Shown one piece after another: positions 1 through 8,413 of a DNA stretch of 36,609 nucleotides. The notes below the pieces were generated by a model. The model was not told the origin of the DNA and made no database searches. It saw only the letters and a list, made by a program, of their open reading frames with translations. Source of the DNA: an uncultured Pseudomonadales bacterium (GTDB lineage Bacteria; Patescibacteriota; Microgenomatia; UBA1400; RBG-16-45-19); assembly GCA_964467565.1 (NCBI GenBank), contig CAYXRB010000009.1:5909-42517 (forward strand), written 5' to 3'. The translations under genes and the position numbers were made by a program. Each line of letters starts with the position of its first letter. Position 1 is the stretch's first letter.

Positions 1-213
1 AATATTTTTGCTACTGGTAACCGATTATCACAACCTTGTCCTGCAGCTAATGGAACGATTACTCGATCTAAGACAAATTATTCTGTATATATTAATTTTA
101 CTAGTAAAAGTTGCAATGCTGAATATAGTACTCATTATAAGGTGACAGTGTCTTGGTTTTCGGCTGGGAAAGACCAAATGGTTGAGTTGGTTTCGGTATT
201 AGGAAATATATGA
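1..213 (+). CDS. 3' end of an ORF entering from the left edge; probably the C-terminus of a pilin-like protein
   Basis: Frame 1 is open from base 1 to TGA at 211-213 (...KVTVSWFSAGKDQMVELVSVLGNI*). The stop overlaps the next gene's ATG (ATGA). It has two Cys residues (PCPAANG...SKSCNAEY), as in disulfide-bonded pilin C-terminal regions. Function is inferred from context only. Confidence 0.35.
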   Translation, partial: NIFATGNRLSQPCPAANGTITRSKTNYSVYINFTSKSCNAEYSTHYKVTVSWFSAGKDQMVELVSVLGNI

Positions 214-716
214 AAAGAAATATTCAAGGGTACAGCTTAGTAGAATTGATGGTAGTAGTGGTGTTGCTAGCAGTTTTAGTGACTACTATGGTGGGTTTGT
301 TTTTAACAACATTAACAAGCGGGGGTAAGGCGAATTCGTTGGCGCGAATAAAAGAAGAGGGTGATTATGCCATGTCGACTATGGAACGACTTATCAGGTC
401 TGGAAGTAATGCTGATTGTACAGCGGCAGATGAATTAACAGTCACCGAATTATCGGACGCGCCATCGGCTCCCTCATCAATTTATAATCGAGACGGGACA
501 CGCTTGAGAATACGGACGAATGGATCAACGGGACCAACCCGGCTTATTACAAGTGATAACGTAATTGTGACCAGTTTAACATTTAACTGCACCGAAGGAA
601 CGGGCTTCAACCAGGGTGACATGGTCACGATCGAGTTTGTAATGAGGGCAGCTGGTGACCTCCAAACGACAGAAACCTTTAATTCGAGGGTAGTTTTGCG
701 CAACACCAGCAGCTAA
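210..716 (+). CDS. Type IV pilin / pseudopilin with a prepilin-type N-terminal cleavage-methylation motif
   Basis: N-terminus MKRNIQG|YSLVELMVVVVLLAVLV has Gly before the cleavage site, Glu at +5 and a hydrophobic helix, the class III signal peptide signature. Confidence 0.8.
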   Translation: MKRNIQGYSLVELMVVVVLLAVLVTTMVGLFLTTLTSGGKANSLARIKEEGDYAMSTMERLIRSGSNADCTAADELTVTELSDAPSAPSSIYNRDGTRLRIRTNGSTGPTRLITSDNVIVTSLTFNCTEGTGFNQGDMVTIEFVMRAAGDLQTTETFNSRVVLRNTSS

Positions 717-733
717 TTGACGGGGTTGGCGCG

Positions 734-1504
734 ATGGCGTTTAATAAATATATGAGAACAAAACATAGGTTGCGGTCTGATTCAGGCCAAGTAGGCATAA
801 TCGTGCTGCTAATAATGGTGGTCATGACCACGGTAGGTGTGTCGGTGGCATCAAGAAGCGTTTCGGAACTAAAACTGTCGAGGCAAGAAGAACAGTCGAC
901 GCGGGCACTGGATTTGGCTGAAGGCGGAGCGGAGAAAATTATTGCTGATATTGGTACGTATAGCGGCGTTGGAACAGTTACCGTGGGGTCTGAAAGTGTA
1001 AATTACAACGTGACGGCAAAAAATGAAATTACGGATATGACCGTGTTTGAAGGACATACGATTCAGGTGGATTTGGGAAATGTTGCTACTGATCTACAGG
1101 TGACTTGGGATAATACCGGCTCTTGTGATGATAACCCAGCTATTGTAGTGGCATTAATAAGTGATGCCGCAAATGTACGAAGACTTTTTTACGGTCCGGA
1201 AGATTGTAGTAGCGTTAGAAGTGATGGTTCGACTAATGTTGCTCTCGATGGATCAACAAATACGTATACTACAGGATCAATACCTTTAGCTACAGAGCGT
1301 ATGGCAAGAATCAAAGTGTTATATGGTCCAGCTAATGTTTCGGTTACTGGGGCTGATTTACCTCCTCAGGTTGATGTGGTGAATACTAGTTTTACCAACC
1401 CGAATGATGGGACGACACGGGCGGTGCAAGTCAACCGGCTGGCCGGATCATTACCGTCGATATTTGATTATGTATTGTTTTCTGGAGGAGACTTAACGAA
1501 ATAA
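734..1504 (+). CDS. Pilus-associated protein with a PilX-like N-terminal anchor (minor pilin-like)
   Basis: Basic N-terminus followed by SGQVGIIVLLIMVVMTTVGVSV resembles PilX_N-type anchors. It sits inside the pilin-pilMNO cluster. There is no Glu at +5, so it is not a canonical pilin. Confidence 0.45.
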   Translation: MAFNKYMRTKHRLRSDSGQVGIIVLLIMVVMTTVGVSVASRSVSELKLSRQEEQSTRALDLAEGGAEKIIADIGTYSGVGTVTVGSESVNYNVTAKNEITDMTVFEGHTIQVDLGNVATDLQVTWDNTGSCDDNPAIVVALISDAANVRRLFYGPEDCSSVRSDGSTNVALDGSTNTYTTGSIPLATERMARIKVLYGPANVSVTGADLPPQVDVVNTSFTNPNDGTTRAVQVNRLAGSLPSIFDYVLFSGGDLTK

Positions 1505-1575
1505 AAAACCCTGGTTATTTGTTTCGTTATCAATAATTGACAGATGTGTTCTTAAAATAAAAGGAAACCTGCCCT

Positions 1576-2597
1576 ATGAGTGACCATGTTGGAATTGATA
1601 TTGGTTCGTACGCCATAAAATTGGCGGTAGCCAAGAGTAATGGCGCCACAGTGGAATTACAGAATTTGGCGCAAGTGTATAATCCGGTGGGGCAATTTTT
1701 GCCCGCAGATGACGGTGATTTTCAGAAATTAGCCGATGCAATCAAAAGTTTGGCTTATGAAAATAAGGCTAAAGGTAAGCAAATTAGCGCAACGATTCCG
1801 GAGTCTTTAGCGTACTCGAGTGTGATTTCACTGCCACTGCTGTCGGACGCCGAACTTGCCTCGTCGATCCACTGGGAGGCGGAACAGCACATTCCGGTAC
1901 CACTTTCGGAGATTAACTTAGAGTACGAAATCTTGTTTAAGCCCAAAAAAGATGCCGTGGGAGAAAAGATGCGGGTGTTGTTGGTGGGGGCAAAGAAAGA
2001 CGTGGTAGAACGCTTGGTACTATTGTTCCAGACAGCCGGTTTAGAATTGTTTGGCTTGGAGACTAATTTGCTGGCGGTTTACCGGGCATTGCACTCGACT
2101 TTGGAACTGGGTAGCCAAGTGGTGGTACACATGGGAGCGCTGTCAACCGATGTGTTAATTGTGAATAACGGGGAAATGGCCTTTACCTACACCATCCATA
2201 CCGGCGGTGTGTCTTTAATCCGGGCGGTAGAAAAAGCCTGGGATTGCAACCGGCACAAGCCGAAGAATACAAGCGGGCATATGGCTTAGACGCTAACCAG
2301 TTAGAGGGTAAGTTGCGCCAGGTTTTGGTACCGGTACTAAATTTAATTGTCGGCGAAATAAAAAAGGCAATGCAATTTAACCAAGTCGGATTCCCGGGGG
2401 TATCGGTAAATAGCATGACTTTAACCGGCGGCGGGGCTTACTTGCCGGGCTTAACTACTTTTTTAACCGAGGCCTTGGGTATTGAGGTGCAGGTGGCCGG
2501 GGCTTTAGAGCAGTGGAATTTACAACGTTTGAGCAAACAACCCGATGCAATGGCGTTATACGTACCAAGCATCGGTTTAGCAAGTCGGACGGAATAG
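1576..2597 (+). pseudogene. pilM: Type IV pilus assembly ATPase-fold protein PilM, interrupted by a 1-nt frameshift near 2231-2240
   Basis: MSDHVGIDIGSYAIKLAV is an actin-like ATPase N-terminus. ORFs 1576-2289 and 2244-2597 together give a normal PilM length. Homology continues across frames: ...GGVSLIRAVEK(A/S) then LGLQPAQAEEYKRAYGLD. Confidence 0.8.
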
Positions 2598-2602
2598 ATG
2601 GT

Positions 2603-3163
2603 ATGTCGAATCGAGTGGGAACGTCATTAAACTTGGTTTCAGCCCGCAAACAGAGTGTGGTCCAAGCTCGTTTGATGGCTGCCAAAGTCCAGTTCATATT
2701 TGGAGTATTATTGGCTGTTTATTTGGGCCTTTTAGTGGTGGTGGTGGTGATAAACGGAGGAGTGCAGCTAAAACACAAATCAGTGCTTGATGGGATAAAA
2801 AACGAAGAATTAAAGATAGCACAACTTAAAACTAGAGAAGAGATGCTCTTTTTAGTGAAGCAAAAATTAGGGTATATGGCAGGTTTGGTGGGAAAAGAGT
2901 GGGATGGGCGAAAACTATTTGAGTATGTGATGGTAACCACTCCGGAAAATGTTACCTACTCTGGGGTTGGTATTGCGGTAGAAGAATTTGATGACTTGAG
3001 TCTGACTGCAGAAGCGTTTGACTACCAAACCTTGCAGAATTTTTACGGGTATATAAAGAGTTTACCCGGTAATGAGTTAATCGATTCAGTGACGCTCGAG
3101 GGGGTGTCGCGGAATAGTAACGGCACGTACGGGATAAATTGGTTTGTAACACTACCAAAATAA
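2603..3163 (+). CDS. pilN: PilN-like bitopic pilus assembly protein
   Basis: The ATG at 2603 lies 6 nt after the pilM stop. It has a short cytoplasmic N-terminus, one TM helix (FIFGVLLAVYLGLLVVVVVI) and a periplasmic domain, and occupies the position between pilM and a pilO-like gene. The track start at 2513 overlaps pilM and is unlikely. Confidence 0.6.
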   Translation: MSNRVGTSLNLVSARKQSVVQARLMAAKVQFIFGVLLAVYLGLLVVVVVINGGVQLKHKSVLDGIKNEELKIAQLKTREEMLFLVKQKLGYMAGLVGKEWDGRKLFEYVMVTTPENVTYSGVGIAVEEFDDLSLTAEAFDYQTLQNFYGYIKSLPGNELIDSVTLEGVSRNSNGTYGINWFVTLPK

Positions 3164-3166
3164 ATT

Positions 3167-3916
3167 ATGTCCACTGCCAAGAACAAAGCACCAGACTTAA
3201 AAACCTTAATGCAAAACAGAATGTTGTGGTTGTTCCCCTTGGTTGTGGTGGGTGTCATAGTAATAAGTTTTATGCTGGTGCTGCTCCCCCAACTGAACTC
3301 ATTAATAGAAAGCCGAGAGGTTTTGAAAACCGATGAAGAACGGTTGGAGCGATTGACCCAGAAAAGGACTCAGCTTGAGTCTTTGTCGGAGACACAGCTG
3401 GGGGCATATTACGATGAGGCTACGCGGGCGCTGCCTAATGAAAAGCCGGTAGCGCTGACTTTGATGGCGCTTGCGGGCATAGCCGAAGCAGCAGATGTTA
3501 GGTTGATGGAATATGATTTTAGCCCGGGTTCGTTGGCTACCGAATCAGCAAAAGTGGAAACTGCAGATTCGGGTGTAGGGGTAATGCCGGTTTCGTTTGT
3601 GGTTGAGGGTTCGTATGATGCTTTAGTGGCGATGATGCGGTTGTATGAAACGACGTTACCCTTGATGCAATTGGAAAGTGCCGAAATTACCCCGTTGGGC
3701 AACGACTCAACCGATTTAGAAGCGACATTACTGGTGAAGGTGTATTATGCCCCACCCCCCACAACTTTGGGTAAACCTTCGGATCCGATTAGTGATTTAA
3801 CACCAGCAGAGCTGGATTATTTGCAGAGGTTGTCTGTTTACACTTTATACACGACAGATGTAACCACAGAGACTCTACTCGACCAGGCTCCGGATGAAAA
3901 TGTCTTTGCTTTTTAA
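3167..3916 (+). CDS. pilO: PilO-like pilus assembly protein (TM helix plus coiled coil)
   Basis: TM helix LWLFPLVVVGVIVISFMLVLL is followed by a coiled-coil segment (LKTDEERLERLTQKRTQLESL). It starts 4 nt after the pilN stop. Confidence 0.5.
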   Translation: MSTAKNKAPDLKTLMQNRMLWLFPLVVVGVIVISFMLVLLPQLNSLIESREVLKTDEERLERLTQKRTQLESLSETQLGAYYDEATRALPNEKPVALTLMALAGIAEAADVRLMEYDFSPGSLATESAKVETADSGVGVMPVSFVVEGSYDALVAMMRLYETTLPLMQLESAEITPLGNDSTDLEATLLVKVYYAPPPTTLGKPSDPISDLTPAELDYLQRLSVYTLYTTDVTTETLLDQAPDENVFAF

Positions 3917-3998
3917 GCTTATTTAATTTTTGATAATTTCTACAGCTCGTGTGGATGGCGACGTTTAGTATTCGTTCCCTCTTTCTTAAGGCAATAAA

Positions 3999-4021
3999 AA
4001 TCCCCGCAAACGCGAGGATTT
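3999..4021. terminator. Hairpin between convergent pilO and the KH-protein gene; possible bidirectional terminator
   Basis: AATCCCCGC-AAAC-GCGAGGATT is a 9-bp stem with one mismatch, flanked by an A-run on the left and TT/AAA on the right. Confidence 0.4.
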
Positions 4022-4042
4022 AAAGCTTAAATGTTAATCGAA

Positions 4043-4408
4043 TTATTCTTCGGCTTTTTCACCAGCATCCATATCAATCGACCCGGCAATTAAATCATCG
4101 GCTTTTGAATCTGGTGATTCAGTGGTTTCAGGCTGACTTTCGGTGACGGTTTCTTCTGACTTTACCGGAGGATTTTCACCGTCTTCTAAGCGGATAATGA
4201 AGTGTTCCCCTGCCCTGATACCCGCCACATGGGCAATGCTGCGGATGGCGCGGATTACTTTGCCGTCTTTACCAATAACCCGGCCCATGTCTTCATCATG
4301 TACTTTGATGGTAAAGACTTTTTTGTCGCCATCCATGGACTCCGAGACATTGATGTCTTCGGGGTGGGTAGTGATGTTTTTTAAAATGAGCATTAATAAG
4401 TCGTTCAT
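4043..4408 (-). CDS. KH-domain RNA-binding protein (YlqC/UPF0109 type) with an acidic C-terminal tail
   Basis: The GRVIGKDGKVIRAIRSIA motif (GxxG KH loop) is present, and the gene lies immediately downstream of rpsP as in many bacteria. Start chosen at MNDLLMLILK (4408); the longer track ORF would overlap rpsP. Confidence 0.8.
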   Translation of the reverse strand: MNDLLMLILKNITTHPEDINVSESMDGDKKVFTIKVHDEDMGRVIGKDGKVIRAIRSIAHVAGIRAGEHFIIRLEDGENPPVKSEETVTESQPETTESPDSKADDLIAGSIDMDAGEKAEE

Positions 4409-4428
4409 AGGTAAGTAACCCTTATTGA

Positions 4429-4656
4429 TTATGAGTATTTGGTAACTAAGCTTTTTACAGTTGGGGTAGGTTGGGCTCCTTTCTTTAACCAATTGGTATA
4501 TGCGTCTTTATCAATTTTTATTGTGTTGTTGGCCGGGTTGTACCAACCTAAAGAGGCAGTATATTCCCCGGTAATTTTTGAGCGGGCTTCGGTGACGACG
4601 ATGCGATACCGAGCTTCGTCATTTTTGCCAATACGAAAGAGTTTGATTTTAAGCAT
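4429..4656 (-). CDS. rpsP: 30S ribosomal protein S16
   Basis: MLKIKLFRIGKNDEARYRIVV...GWYNP is the typical S16 sequence. Confidence 0.95.
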   Translation of the reverse strand: MLKIKLFRIGKNDEARYRIVVTEARSKITGEYTASLGWYNPANNTIKIDKDAYTNWLKKGAQPTPTVKSLVTKYS

Positions 4657-4716
4657 AGGATTATTTTAATAGTCTTAGTCAGTAATTTTTGACATGCGCG
4701 AACGTAGGGAATTGTA

Positions 4717-5388
4717 TCAAGAGAGCTTTAATATCTCAAGAGCACGTTGGGCGGCTGCCTGTTGGGCTGCCTGTTTACTCTTACCCTGTCCTTGGGCGAC
4801 TTCTGAGTTGTTGACCAGGACGCGGATGGTAAAGTTTTTATCATGATCAGGCCCTGACTCTGATACTACTTGGTACTCAGGGCTTAAAGAACCCTGTGAT
4901 TGGACCGCTTCCTGGAGAGTACTCTTATAGTCCTTAAAAAGTTTTTGTTTAATAATTTCATCGATTTGAGGCAACAAATGTTTTTCGATAAATTTTTTGG
5001 CGGTGTCGTACCCGGTGTCCAGATAGATAGCGCCGATAACCGCTTCGAAAGTGTTGGCTAAGAGCGAGATGTTGGTGCGGCCACCGGTGAATTCTTCGCC
5101 CTTGGACAACCTTAAATGCTCACCCAGCTTAAGCTTTAAGGCCAAACTGGCAAGGGTAGTGGTACGGACTAAAGCTGCCCGATAGGCGGTGAGTTCACCT
5201 TCGGGTTTGTCGGGGAATTTATGGTAGAGAAATTCGGAAACGACTAACTCCAAGACAGCATCGCCTAAGAATTCGAGACGTTCGTTGTGAGTTTTAACCG
5301 TTTGATTTTCATTTAAATAGGAGCGATGGGTGAGAGCTTCTTCGAGTAAATCGGGGTTTTTAATGGGGAGACTCTTGATAAGGGTCAT
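4717..5388 (-). CDS. rnc: Ribonuclease III
   Basis: RNase III signature ERLEFLGDAVLE, plus a C-terminal dsRBD (FTIRVLVNNSEVAQGQGKSKQAAQQAAA). Confidence 0.95.
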   Translation of the reverse strand: MTLIKSLPIKNPDLLEEALTHRSYLNENQTVKTHNERLEFLGDAVLELVVSEFLYHKFPDKPEGELTAYRAALVRTTTLASLALKLKLGEHLRLSKGEEFTGGRTNISLLANTFEAVIGAIYLDTGYDTAKKFIEKHLLPQIDEIIKQKLFKDYKSTLQEAVQSQGSLSPEYQVVSESGPDHDKNFTIRVLVNNSEVAQGQGKSKQAAQQAAAQRALEILKLS

Positions 5389-5630
5389 AGTAACGAGTCT
5401 TCGATGATGATAAGTAAATCGTTCACTGTTTCGGGGTAAGTGGGTGTAAGTTCTGGGAGTGAGGTATCGAGGAGTTCATCGAGTTGTTCCCTAAGCCGGT
5501 GCATGTCGTCGGGGGAGGCATTGAAATCGAGATGAAAACTGGAGCGGGGGGTAACCTCATGGGTTTCTAGGCCAAATATTTCGGCGATGGTGGGTTGAAT
5601 GATGGTAAATGAACTTTGGGTGTTATTCAT
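5385..5630 (-). CDS. Acyl-carrier-protein-like small acidic protein lacking the canonical DSL serine
   Basis: It aligns without gaps by eye to ACP helices I-II: IAEIFGLETHEVTPRSSFHLDFNASPDDMHRLREQLDE versus the remembered consensus ...LGVDEEEV..EASF.EDLGADSLD.VELVM.LE. It sits directly upstream of rnc (ATGA overlap), as acpA does in Firmicutes. Start taken at 5630 (8-nt overlap with the nusB stop). Confidence 0.45.
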   Translation of the reverse strand: MNNTQSSFTIIQPTIAEIFGLETHEVTPRSSFHLDFNASPDDMHRLREQLDELLDTSLPELTPTYPETVNDLLIIIEDSLL

Positions 5631-5976
5631 GATCGATCTGATTGACAATTGCGCCTAAAACGCCGTTAATAAATTTTCCTGAGTTTTCACTGCCATATTC
5701 TTTCGCAAGTTCCACGGCTTCGTCAATAACGACTTTATACGGTGTTTGATGCTGTTCGAGTTCATAGACGGCTAGGCGTAGAACGGCTAAATCAATACGA
5801 TTAATCTGGTTTATAGGCCATTCCGGGGCAGCGGTGGTGATGAGATGGTCAATATGCGCTAAATTTTGGATTATAGGGGCGATGGATGATTGCGGGCTGG
5901 TGTTGAACGCGTAGGAAAAAAGCGCCTTCATGTTATGAGAACGGGCAACGTGTCGAGGATCGGTGGCAGTTTTCAT
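5623..5976 (-). CDS. nusB: Transcription antitermination factor NusB
   Basis: RIDLAVLRLAVYEL...P.KVVIDEAVELAKEYGSENSGKFINGVLG is the typical NusB core. Confidence 0.85.
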   Translation of the reverse strand: MKTATDPRHVARSHNMKALFSYAFNTSPQSSIAPIIQNLAHIDHLITTAAPEWPINQINRIDLAVLRLAVYELEQHQTPYKVVIDEAVELAKEYGSENSGKFINGVLGAIVNQIDHE

Positions 5977-6003
5977 ACTGATGGAAGCGACTGATAGACT
6001 ACT

Positions 6004-6153
6004 TTAATTACCGCACTGGCTGCAGACATGATGGGGTCGTTTGGAAGCACCACAACTGGCACATTTAACAAGCTTAACCATTTTTAAGGCTAAACTCTTG
6101 CGAATTTTACCCTGACGGTGAGACGAGCGTTTATGTTTTGGTACTGCTGGCAT
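6004..6153 (-). CDS. rpmF: 50S ribosomal protein L32 (49 aa; below the ORF-track cutoff)
   Basis: Manual translation of the minus strand gives MPAVPKHKRSSHRQGKIRKSLALKMVKLVKCASCGASKRPHHVCSQCGN*. It has the L32 N-terminal (A)VPK.K.S motif and a CxxC...CxxC zinc ribbon. Confidence 0.85.
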   Translation of the reverse strand: MPAVPKHKRSSHRQGKIRKSLALKMVKLVKCASCGASKRPHHVCSQCGN

Positions 6154-6254
6154 AGTTAAATTATTAATGATTACTGATTATTGAACAACGACCAAACCTT
6201 TACCTACCATGTTAGGCATTTATACAGTGGGTAGGTAGACGTAGCTGGCGTATT

Positions 6255-8285
6255 TTAGTGAGGAAGGGATATTTTTTCAAGGAGAGTTTTTATTTTGTTT
6301 AAAACGGCGGGGTAGGCGTGCAAATCGGGTGCACCTTTCAGCAATTGCTGGGCTTGTTTTTGGGTAGCTTCGATGAGCTTGGTGTCGCTTAGGGAGGCGA
6401 TTTTTAAATTAAGGTAACCTGATTGTTGGATGCCGTAGAGTTCACCCGGCCCCCTGAGTTTGAGGTCCAATTCCGCAAGGGTAGCACCGGACTGGGTTGT
6501 TTCTAAAGCCTTAAGGCGTGCACTTTGAGTTTTTTTGGTTGGTAAAAGCAGACAGTAACTTTGTTGTTCTCCCCTACCGACCCGTCCGCGTAACTGATGC
6601 AAAGAAGCTAAACCAAATCGCTGGGCACCCTCGATGACCATGAAGGCCGCGTTCCTTACATCGATACCCACTTCGATGACGGGCGTGGAAACTAAGACAT
6701 CGAGATGGTGCTGATTAAAGGCTGTTATAATTTGTTCTTTTTCACGGCTTTTTAACTGGCCATGGAGAAGCCCAAGTTTTAAATCGGAAAAAATGCCTTT
6801 TTTGAGGGACTCAAAATGAGCTTTGACGGCTTTGACCTCATCAAGCATGGGAGTTGTAGATTCTTCGATTAAAGGGCAGACAACATACGCTTGTTGATGA
6901 TTGGAAACGATTTGGCTTTTAATCCAGTGGTACGCATCGGCTCGTTTCTTGGGATCGATGACCCAGGTTTTAACGGGAATCCTGCCTGGAGGCAATTCGT
7001 CGATTACCGATAGGTCGATTTCGGCGTAAAGAGTGAGGGCGACGGTGCGGGGTATGGGAGTGGCGGTTAGCGAGAGTAGATGGGGAGAGGGTGATTGTTG
7101 CAGGAGTTGAGTACGCTGAGCTACACCAAAACGGTGCTGTTCATCGATGATCACCACACCAACATTTTGCACCAATTTTTGATAAAGCAGGGCATGGGTA
7201 CCGATGGTAACGGAGGTTTTATCTTTTGATTTAACGGAACCGGTATAAAGGCTAACATTTATGTTGAATGGATCGCGGAAGGATTTAATAGTACTGTAGT
7301 GTTGTTGGGCCAGAACCTGGGTGGGAGCCATAATGATGGTTTTACGACTGTTTACGGCGGCGCAATAGGCGGCAAAAGCAGCAAGGACGGTTTTGCCAGA
7401 ACCAACGTCACCTTGAATGAGGCGGTTGGCCGGGGTAGATTTACTGCAATCTTTAATGATATCCAAAAGGACCCGGTGTTGAGCAGGAGTGAGGGTAAAC
7501 GGCAGTGATTGCACAAAGGCTTGAACTTGGGTGTTGGTAACAGGGAGGACCGGAGCGGAAGCTGACTGAAACATCCTTTTTCTGATGAGCGAAGCCAGTT
7601 GCTGGGTAAGAAGTTCGTCAAAGCTTAGGCGGTGGTTGGCTTTATTTATAGATTCCCAATTGGGTGGAAAGTGAATGTAATTAAGGGCATCTTTTAAAGA
7701 GATGAGTTTTTGGTTTTGAATAATATGAGCTGGGAGCCACTCCGTTTGAGGGTTTATGGTTTTTAAGAGAGTAGAGATACGGGATCGCAGCCATTTGGAC
7801 GACACCCCGTATGTTTCATGGTACACCGGCACTAACCTGGCAGTATGAATATGGGATCGTTCATTGGGTATAGATGGGGATTTTGCATACTCGAACCGAG
7901 GTGAGGTGAGGGTGAGTTTGTTGCCATAACGTTTGACAGTACCCGCAATCGTAAGGTGAGGATTCTTTTTGAAGCTATTCACCAAATACGGTTGATTAAA
8001 CCAAGTAAGCTCTATACTCCCGGTACTGTCGGTAAAAAGGGCTTTTTGAACGACTTTGCCATTTCTGGTGTAGACATTTTTGATGCTGAGTATTTGACCG
8101 GTGATGGAGACTATCTCTCCCTCGTTTAGTTGAGTAATGGTGCCCGAGGCAGACAGGTCATCATAACGGAAGGGATAATGATGGAGTAAATCGTTAATGG
8201 TAAAAATATTTAGGTTTTTGAGGCGATTGGCATAGATTGGACCGACAAAGGGTAAGGAGGCGACCGGTGAAGAAAGATGATCCAT
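6255..8285 (-). CDS. recG: ATP-dependent DNA helicase RecG
   Basis: Walker A GDVGSGKT, DEQHRFG box, SLTATPIPRT, helicase C motifs (HGQLKS..., QLRGRVGRG) and an N-terminal wedge/OB region. Length is 676 aa. Confidence 0.95.
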   Translation of the reverse strand: MDHLSSPVASLPFVGPIYANRLKNLNIFTINDLLHHYPFRYDDLSASGTITQLNEGEIVSITGQILSIKNVYTRNGKVVQKALFTDSTGSIELTWFNQPYLVNSFKKNPHLTIAGTVKRYGNKLTLTSPRFEYAKSPSIPNERSHIHTARLVPVYHETYGVSSKWLRSRISTLLKTINPQTEWLPAHIIQNQKLISLKDALNYIHFPPNWESINKANHRLSFDELLTQQLASLIRKRMFQSASAPVLPVTNTQVQAFVQSLPFTLTPAQHRVLLDIIKDCSKSTPANRLIQGDVGSGKTVLAAFAAYCAAVNSRKTIIMAPTQVLAQQHYSTIKSFRDPFNINVSLYTGSVKSKDKTSVTIGTHALLYQKLVQNVGVVIIDEQHRFGVAQRTQLLQQSPSPHLLSLTATPIPRTVALTLYAEIDLSVIDELPPGRIPVKTWVIDPKKRADAYHWIKSQIVSNHQQAYVVCPLIEESTTPMLDEVKAVKAHFESLKKGIFSDLKLGLLHGQLKSREKEQIITAFNQHHLDVLVSTPVIEVGIDVRNAAFMVIEGAQRFGLASLHQLRGRVGRGEQQSYCLLLPTKKTQSARLKALETTQSGATLAELDLKLRGPGELYGIQQSGYLNLKIASLSDTKLIEATQKQAQQLLKGAPDLHAYPAVLNKIKTLLEKISLPH

Positions 8286-8305
8286 GAGGATACAGGTGTA
8301 CTCGT

Positions 8306-8410
8306 TTAGATATAGAGGAAGGCTGACCCGACACTACTGAGGATAAGGGCAAGTGTGGCGATGAAGATAATGATTTTGAAAAGACGTTTCTGTTTTTTAG
8401 TTAACTGCAT
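8306..8410 (-). CDS. Possible small membrane protein (34 aa)
   Basis: Manual translation gives MQLTKKQKRLFKIIIFIATLALILSSVGSAFLYI*, a basic N-terminus plus one TM helix. It fills the tyrS-recG gap exactly. No homology evidence. Confidence 0.25.
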   Translation of the reverse strand: MQLTKKQKRLFKIIIFIATLALILSSVGSAFLYI

Positions 8411-8413
8411 AGA

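Noticed and set aside
1537-1542. A consensus TTGACA upstream of pilM.
   Set aside because: No acceptable -10 hexamer lies at 16-18 nt spacing. The TAAAAT nearby is only about 10 nt away, so this was not called as a promoter.
2513-2602. N-terminal extensions offered by the ORF track: pilN 2513-2602, KH protein 4409-4492, efp 10228-10287, infC 20283-20411, dtd 11808-11816, pheT 16665-16673.
   Set aside because: The extensions overlap upstream genes or intergenic promoters, and they have non-homologous, odd compositions. Internal ATGs give canonical protein lengths.
6196-6236. Hairpin ACCTACC-N21-GGTAGGT between recG and rpmF.
   Set aside because: It has a large loop and no adjacent U-run on the transcribed strand. 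This is not enough evidence to call a terminator or regulatory element.
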